A stretch of DNA of 64,000 bases from Clostridia bacterium (GTDB taxonomy: Bacteria; Bacillota; Clostridia; RGIG6154). Numbering within the stretch: the first letter of the stretch is position 1; each line of letters opens with the position of its first letter. The stretch spans positions 4,646-68,645 of the forward strand of contig JAZNWH010000129.1 in assembly GCA_045593265.1 (NCBI GenBank), in the 5' to 3' direction. The position numbers and the translations under genes were made by a program. Below, piece by piece: positions 57,880-64,000 of this stretch. The notes below the pieces were generated by a model. It saw only the letters and a program-made list of their open reading frames with translations, ran no database searches and was not told the origin of the DNA.

Positions 57880-59217
57880 CTATTGTGTTATTTCAGGATT
57901 TTCTTCCATCATTCTTATTTTTAAGGTAACTTCCTTTCCATTACGCCATACAACTACTTCCATCATATCCCCGACTTTATGAGTGTCTCGGATTTTATTG
58001 ATTTCATCAACAGTAGCAACGCTTTTTCCATCGCATTTTATTATAACGTCTCCTGGTTGTACTCCCGCAAGATAAGCACCATATCCCTCATACACCTCAT
58101 TAACATAAAAACCTACCGGAAGGTCATAGTACTTGGAAAGCTTCTCTGTTATATTAGTTCCCGATACACCTATCATAAGTCTGCCGGTTACGTAGCCCTT
58201 ATTTATTAAATCGTCAACTACGAGCTTAACCTCGTTTGAAGGAATAGCAAAGCCAATACCTTCTACACCTGTTGCAGACATTTTTACAGAATTAATTCCA
58301 ATAACCTCTCCGTACGCATTAACAAGAGGACCACCCGAATTACCAGAGTTTATAGCGGCATCAGTTTGGAGAAGCGTTAGGGTTTTGTCAGCTATATTAA
58401 CAGTTCTGTTTACAGCACTTATAATTCCCTGTGTTACTGTTCCCATAAGTTCCGTTCCCAAAGGATTTCCTATTGCTATTACACGACTGCCAACATTTAC
58501 ATATGAAGAATCGCCGAAATTTGCATACACAAGGTCTTTTTCTTCAATCTTCAAAACTGCTAAATCACTTCGTGCATCATATCCTACAACTGTTGCCGGA
58601 TACTCTTTGCCTGTATTTAAAATTACTTTTAATTCTCTTGCATTTTCAATAACATGAAAGTTCGTTACAATATAACCCTCTTCATTTATTATAACACCTG
58701 AACCACTTGATTCCGATGCCATATTAAAAAAGCTGATTGCATTTGTTTTATTTATAATACCTACAACTGCAGGCCCTACCTTTGCAGCAACATCCTCTGT
58801 TGAAAGCTCTTCTCCATCGGGAATAAACTGCTCGGTCTGTGTATTCTGTTTCATCTGAGAAGCATTGCTTTGATGAAAGTAAGTTTTATTGCCCTGCTTT
58901 TTATCTGCAATAGAAAATCCTATCAAAGTACCTGCAACAAGACACACAACTAACCCAATTCCAACTCCTGCAACAGCCCACTTCCTGGAACGCTTTTTAT
59001 TTTTAGCAATGAGCACATCTTCGTCATCACTCAGAACTTCTTCAGCTTCATAAGAATAAGTATATTCCCCTTCGTTATTTACTGAATTGTCAGAAGTGTT
59101 GACTTCAAAATCATCTTCTGTATATTCAACAGCTTCATCCAAATTAAGTTCTTTTTCTGTTTCTTCAAATTTATTTTCGTCTGTCTGCTCGTCTCTTGTA
59201 TTTTCATCATTAAGCAT
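57880..59217 (-). CDS. htrA: HtrA/DegP family serine protease with a PDZ domain
   Basis: TNFHV, DLAVLK, QTDAAINSGNSGG; acidic N-terminus and a TM segment. Confidence 0.92.
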   Translation of the reverse strand: MLNDENTRDEQTDENKFEETEKELNLDEAVEYTEDDFEVNTSDNSVNNEGEYTYSYEAEEVLSDDEDVLIAKNKKRSRKWAVAGVGIGLVVCLVAGTLIGFSIADKKQGNKTYFHQSNASQMKQNTQTEQFIPDGEELSTEDVAAKVGPAVVGIINKTNAISFFNMASESSGSGVIINEEGYIVTNFHVIENARELKVILNTGKEYPATVVGYDARSDLAVLKIEEKDLVYANFGDSSYVNVGSRVIAIGNPLGTELMGTVTQGIISAVNRTVNIADKTLTLLQTDAAINSGNSGGPLVNAYGEVIGINSVKMSATGVEGIGFAIPSNEVKLVVDDLINKGYVTGRLMIGVSGTNITEKLSKYYDLPVGFYVNEVYEGYGAYLAGVQPGDVIIKCDGKSVATVDEINKIRDTHKVGDMMEVVVWRNGKEVTLKIRMMEENPEITQ

Positions 59218-59308
59218 TTTAGATCCTCCTGACTCCACTGCCTTTAGCATTTATTATGTCAATTAATATACACCATAGTTTTGTAATTTATGTGAAAAAA
59301 GTCAAAAC

Positions 59309-60001
59309 TCATTGAGAAACATTAAAACTATATCCTACTCCCCACACAGTATCTATACTCCAAGCCTGAGTTTTTAGATTAAACCTCTTCCTGAGCTTTT
59401 TAATATGTACATCTACAGTTCTGCTGTCGCCAAAATAATCATATCCCCATACTCTGTCAAGAAGCTGTTCACGGGTAAAAACTCTTCCTGCATTATTAGC
59501 AAGAAAATATAATAGTTCTATTTCCTTCTTTGGTAATTTATATTTCTCCCCGGCCACAATTATTTCATATGAGGAGATATTAATATATAAATCTGTATAC
59601 AGCACCTCATCCGGTGAGCTGTTTCTTACCTTTGCCACGCGTTTTAAAACTGCATTTATTCTTGCACAGGATTCTCTTATATCCCAGTCTTTATTTATAA
59701 ATTCATCTACACCTACACTGTAACATAATAATTTATATTCTATGTTATTATTGCGAGATATAATAATGAGAGGAATATCCGTTGTTTTTCTTATTTCAAT
59801 TATGAATTCATTACTTTGCTCTTTGAAAAAATCATCATCAACAACTATCAGAAAAGGAGTCTCTTTTTTCAATATTTCAAATGCTTTTTCACCTTGAGTA
59901 CAACAGACTATATCGTATCCGTATTTACGCAAATTTGCAGAAATATTATTAACATACATACCATCACTGCAGTAAACAAGAATTTTTATATTTAAAGCCA
60001 A
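59309..60001 (-). CDS. OmpR/PhoB family response regulator with a divergent receiver domain
   Basis: VFTREQLLDRVWG, RTVDVHIKKLR, TVWGVGY. Confidence 0.9.
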   Translation of the reverse strand: MALNIKILVYCSDGMYVNNISANLRKYGYDIVCCTQGEKAFEILKKETPFLIVVDDDFFKEQSNEFIIEIRKTTDIPLIIISRNNNIEYKLLCYSVGVDEFINKDWDIRESCARINAVLKRVAKVRNSSPDEVLYTDLYINISSYEIIVAGEKYKLPKKEIELLYFLANNAGRVFTREQLLDRVWGYDYFGDSRTVDVHIKKLRKRFNLKTQAWSIDTVWGVGYSFNVSQ

Positions 60002-60045
60002 GACAACCTCTCCTTACATCATTAGCAGCTTTAAAAAACTACCAA

Positions 60046-60858
60046 TTACTCAAATGCTTCCGGACACAAACCTGCTGAAATAAAATCATCATTTCTAACA
60101 GGCTTTTCGCCAAAGCCTGCACTTCTCATATATTTTTCGAAAGGATCTATTTCCATCGATATACATCCCACATCTTTTCCCATATCCTTAAGTATTTTAC
60201 CGTCAGGAGCAACAATCATTGAGCAACCGCCAAATTCGTCGGTATCCATAGAATAAGAGCTTCTCGCAACATACGCATTACACCTGAAAGCTGTTAATTT
60301 TGCCTGTGCACGTATAATATCTGTACGTTCACCTCTTTGATATCCGGGAATAAGTATAATATCAGGTTTTCCTTTTGCAATATATTCTATCTGTTCGTTA
60401 AAATAAACATCATAACAAGTCATAAATGCAAATTTTATACCGTCAAGTTCGCATAAACACCGACATTTTCCTGAAGAATCTCCTGCTTTTACCCCAAGCT
60501 TAACTTCTGAAGGCGGGAGATGCTGTTTATCATAAATAAATGCAACCTTACCATTTTTGTCAAATAAATATGTGCTGTTTTTAATTTCACCATTTCTTGT
60601 CTGTAATACATTTATAGAAACATATGCATTTTTATTTTTGGCAACATCAGAAGCTTTTTGCAGCATAACTTCGGCACGTTCCATAGCCTTAAGTTCGCTT
60701 TCTGCATCGGAAAGCCCCCCTGCATTTGAATATTCAGGAAGAACAATAAGTTCATTTTTATCAATTGTTTCAAGATTGCTAAGTAAAAATTCCGATATTT
60801 TCTCATCAGGATTTTCACCACTGTAGTATCTCGGTTGTGTTACTGTTATTTTCAGCAT
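60046..60858 (-). CDS. Carbon-nitrogen hydrolase (nitrilase) family protein
   Basis: LPEY, YDKQHL, TCYD catalytic triad. Confidence 0.88.
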   Translation of the reverse strand: MLKITVTQPRYYSGENPDEKISEFLLSNLETIDKNELIVLPEYSNAGGLSDAESELKAMERAEVMLQKASDVAKNKNAYVSINVLQTRNGEIKNSTYLFDKNGKVAFIYDKQHLPPSEVKLGVKAGDSSGKCRCLCELDGIKFAFMTCYDVYFNEQIEYIAKGKPDIILIPGYQRGERTDIIRAQAKLTAFRCNAYVARSSYSMDTDEFGGCSMIVAPDGKILKDMGKDVGCISMEIDPFEKYMRSAGFGEKPVRNDDFISAGLCPEAFE

Positions 60859-61694
60859 CAGATTTTCCCCTTTTCAATATAATTATTCAACACATAACGA
60901 ACAACATGTTCATCATTAGAACATATAATCTCATCAGCTATTTCCTTTAAAGAATCACAACTGTTCGATACAGCAAGTCCAAGTCCTGCCGCAACTGTAA
61001 TACTGCTGTCATTATCGCTGTCCCCTATACTTATTGTCTGTTCATAAGGTATATCCAGCATATCGGCAAGACTATATAAAGCATTGCCTTTTCCTGCATC
61101 ACCATTCATTATTTCAAGATTATATTTACTTGCTTCAACTGTTTTAAGACAGTTAGTATCTTCTATAAGCTTTTTACAACGAAGTTTGTCCTCGTAATTG
61201 TGGAAAAATACCGAAAACACTTCAATATTATCCGCTTCATAACTAATTTTCTTAAAATCATCTGCATAAACTGCAAAATTACGAATCACATCACGATGCG
61301 GCTCAATTACATTGTAATAATCAAAGGAAGCATCATCCTGAAGTTTTGAATCTACATAGCTTTGTCCGTTCTGACGAAACATAATGTGTGGTTCACAAGC
61401 ATTTAGAATATCAAGGACAACTTTACTCATTTCATTTGATATGCACCTAAGTATACGATTACCTGTCTGACGGTCAAGTACAACCGCTCCATTTGAATGT
61501 AATATATAACGAATAGATGAGATATTACTTATTTCCTCAGGAATTTCATTTAAAGTACGTCCTGTGCATGGTACAAATAAAACTCCCATCTCTCCAAGTT
61601 TATTTATAGCATCAATATTCTCCTTACTTACCTGAGAATCACTGTTAAGCAATGTTCCATCAAGGTCAGATGCAATAATTCTGTAGTTCTTCAT
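60858..61694 (-). CDS. Cof-type HAD-IIB hydrolase
   Basis: SDLDGTLL, TGR, KGNAL, GDSDND. Confidence 0.9.
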   Translation of the reverse strand: MKNYRIIASDLDGTLLNSDSQVSKENIDAINKLGEMGVLFVPCTGRTLNEIPEEISNISSIRYILHSNGAVVLDRQTGNRILRCISNEMSKVVLDILNACEPHIMFRQNGQSYVDSKLQDDASFDYYNVIEPHRDVIRNFAVYADDFKKISYEADNIEVFSVFFHNYEDKLRCKKLIEDTNCLKTVEASKYNLEIMNGDAGKGNALYSLADMLDIPYEQTISIGDSDNDSSITVAAGLGLAVSNSCDSLKEIADEIICSNDEHVVRYVLNNYIEKGKI

Positions 61695-61730
61695 TTTGTT
61701 TTCCTCCGATGTTTAAGTAATTTTTGAATA

Positions 61731-62915
61731 TCAATCCCTGAAATATAAATCTCTTGTATATACTTTATCCAACACATCAGATATTTCATCACTATATCTG
61801 TTTGCAATGATTACATCCGAAATTTCTTTAAAAACATTAATATCACGTATTACTCTGCTGTTGAAAAACTTCTCATCACGCATTGTGGGTTCATATACCA
61901 CAACTTCTACGCCTTTTGCTTTTATTCTTTTCATAACTCCCTGTATTGAACTTTGTCTGAAGTTATCTGAATTAGCTTTCATTGTAAGCCTGTAAACACC
62001 AACAATATCAGGTTTTTTGGCAAGAATCTGGTCGGCAATAAAATCTTTTCTGGTTGTATTTGAATCGACAATTGCGCTAATCAAATTCTGTGGAACATCA
62101 TTATAATTAGCTTTTAGTTGCTTTGTATCCTTTGGCAGACAGTACCCACCATATCCAAAAGACGGATTATTGTAAAAATCGCCTATTCTTGAGTCTAAAC
62201 ATACACCTTCAATAATAGATTTTGTATTAAGACCTTTTGTTTCTGCATAAGTATCAAGCTCGTTAAAATATGCTACCCTTAATGCAAGATACGTGTTTGC
62301 AAAAAGTTTAATGGCTTCTGCTTCCGTAAGGTCAGGATATAAAATTTTTGTGTCCTGATTAAGAGAAACTTCTTTAAGCATATTTGCAAAAGTTTCTGCA
62401 GCCTTTTCCAGTCTGGCGTTTCCGTTAGGAACCCCTACAATAATTCGGCTCGGATGAAGATTATCATATAGTGCATGTCCTTCCCTTAAAAACTCAGGAC
62501 TGAAAAGTATATTATCACACTTCATCTTTTTTCGAATCATCTCTGTATAACCAACAGGAACTGTAGACTTAATTATCATTATCGCATCAGGGTTAATACG
62601 TATTACCTGTTCAATTACACTTTCCAAAGCAGAAGTATCAAAATAATTTTTGTTCGGATCATAATTTGTCGGCACAGCAATAACTACATATTCTGCTTTT
62701 TTATATGCTTTTTCTGCGTCAGTAGTAGCTGTTAAATTCAGTTTTTCAGAAGCAAGGTATTCTTCTATATCCTTGTCTACAATTGTAGATTTTTTACTGT
62801 TTATCAACTCCACCTTTTCAGGAATAATATCAACAGCTGTTACTGTATGCTTCTGAGAAAGCAAAACAGCTATCGACAATCCAACATAACCTGTACCCGC
62901 TACTGCAATTTCCAT
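61731..62915 (-). CDS. ugd: UDP-glucose 6-dehydrogenase
   Basis: [31 protein letters not shown]. Confidence 0.96.
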   Translation of the reverse strand: MEIAVAGTGYVGLSIAVLLSQKHTVTAVDIIPEKVELINSKKSTIVDKDIEEYLASEKLNLTATTDAEKAYKKAEYVVIAVPTNYDPNKNYFDTSALESVIEQVIRINPDAIMIIKSTVPVGYTEMIRKKMKCDNILFSPEFLREGHALYDNLHPSRIIVGVPNGNARLEKAAETFANMLKEVSLNQDTKILYPDLTEAEAIKLFANTYLALRVAYFNELDTYAETKGLNTKSIIEGVCLDSRIGDFYNNPSFGYGGYCLPKDTKQLKANYNDVPQNLISAIVDSNTTRKDFIADQILAKKPDIVGVYRLTMKANSDNFRQSSIQGVMKRIKAKGVEVVVYEPTMRDEKFFNSRVIRDINVFKEISDVIIANRYSDEISDVLDKVYTRDLYFRD

Positions 62916-63211
62916 AAGAACACTCCTTTTAAATCTAAATTAATAATGCGTATTTACAACACATATTATTCTAAAATCTGTTCTCACAAAAAATAGAATT
63001 CAGTATCGTAAATTATATTTGAACGCGTAAAGTCCCTATGGTGTGTCCTATGGCAACTACGCTTATTATAATTATATATTTATTCTGCAAAATTTGCAAG
63101 TAAAAAACTATCCTTTTTTATGAATATATCGTAAATTTCTACTCAAAACAAATTGACACATACAAAATTTCTCAAAATAAAATCTTGTATGTGCCAATTA
63201 TATCATTATAA

Positions 63212-63823
63212 TTAGTGTTTAATTACATATATTGTGTAGATTACACTTATTAGTGCATAAGGTATAAGCAAAAGAAGACAAATCAAAGTGTAAATTGAGG
63301 GCAGGAATATACTTATGATAAATAACACACCCATAATTACAGTCATAAATCCTATAAATCTGTTAACTTTTCTTGCTTTATGAGTTTCCATATCATAATC
63401 TTTGATATAGTCAAATTTTGGAAGATAATTACCTATAACCATTAATATTATTCCTACAATTATCCCTGCAACTTTTCTTATTTCAAAGTCGAACCCTAAA
63501 TTATAACAAAATGTTGCAATCTGTAAAATTATCGTAATAACAGGAATTATCCATTTAGTAATCATTTCAAACTTTTTACGTTCTCCATGCTTATATGAAT
63601 TAATGTCATTGATAAAACAGCAAAAGCATTGCAAAGCTATCATCAACAATGGCAACCCAAATACTGCAAAACCTTTAGTTGCAAAATTATCAGGTTTATT
63701 GTTAATATCAAAATGTATTGCCATACTTTGTGGCAATTTATCCCACAATATTAGTCCAGGTAAAATCGGCAAAAGACAAACCAGACTTGTTATAATTAAT
63801 GTTTTCCATTTTATAAATTTCAT
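63212..63823 (-). CDS. SdpI/DUF1648-family membrane protein
   Basis: WDKLPQSMAIHFD...PDNF, IGNYLPK. Confidence 0.8.
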   Translation of the reverse strand: MKFIKWKTLIITSLVCLLPILPGLILWDKLPQSMAIHFDINNKPDNFATKGFAVFGLPLLMIALQCFCCFINDINSYKHGERKKFEMITKWIIPVITIILQIATFCYNLGFDFEIRKVAGIIVGIILMVIGNYLPKFDYIKDYDMETHKARKVNRFIGFMTVIMGVLFIISIFLPSIYTLICLLLLIPYALISVIYTIYVIKH

Positions 63824-64000
63824 ATTTTTTTACCTCCCAAACCATATATCCATGTTAAAACTTCCTCAAAAACTGATGCATTAAGTTCATAATAAATATA
63901 ATTTTTATATTTTTGTTCTGTAATTAAATCTGCCGATTTAAGCTTAGTAAGATGATATGAAACCGTCGCACCTGTCAAATTGAATTGTTCTGCAATCTCT
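63820..64000 (-). CDS. ArsR/SdpR-family transcriptional regulator (5' part outside the window)
   Basis: EIAEQFNLTGATVSYHLTKLK...YIYYELNASVFEE; ATGA overlap with the sdpI-like gene. Not in the ORF track. Confidence 0.85.
   Translation of the reverse strand, partial: EIAEQFNLTGATVSYHLTKLKSADLITEQKYKNYIYYELNASVFEEVLTWIYGLGGKKI

Noticed and set aside
867-63884. Many short antisense or nested ORFs in the track
   Set aside because: Shadows of well-supported genes on the other strand or frame.

Overview
Low-GC chromosomal region of a spore-forming clostridial Firmicute; the lineage is inferred from gene content (spoVM-like, cwlD-like, bofC-like, remA, ireB, prkC cluster). Most of the window is housekeeping: proBAC, the yicC-remA-gmk-rpoZ-priA-def-fmt-rsmB-rlmN-stp-prkC-rsgA-rpe-thiN cluster, mtaB, miaB, pncB, rsmE, ribU, murJ, yajC, dnaD/dnaC, rny, htrA, ugd, plus sugar and amino-acid ABC transporters. 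The main discovery is a 7,299-bp skin-like intervening element (49872-57170) that splits a Cys-rich, probably spore-surface gene. The two junctions share ATACACAGA. Excision at the central GA dinucleotide rebuilds one in-frame 275-aa ORF (...WVYTD-VEPVQFNQGYY...) and creates a perfect 10-bp inverted-repeat attP. The element encodes its own short serine recombinase, with an apparent ATA start, no coiled-coil and an overlapping 43-aa uORF. Its cargo is not phage: capsule/EPS control genes (capD-like, cpsD, cpsB, cpsC) and a RiPP-like module (PqqD/RRE, a YxxPxL-leader Ser/Asp-rich peptide and an HPr-kinase-like enzyme). Other features include several REP-like hairpin repeat systems, a 4 x 101-bp tandem array, a duplicated attenuator-like RNA, a vestigial FMN riboswitch and small ORFs missed by the ORF track. 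Product calls come from motif recognition only; no database searches were run.
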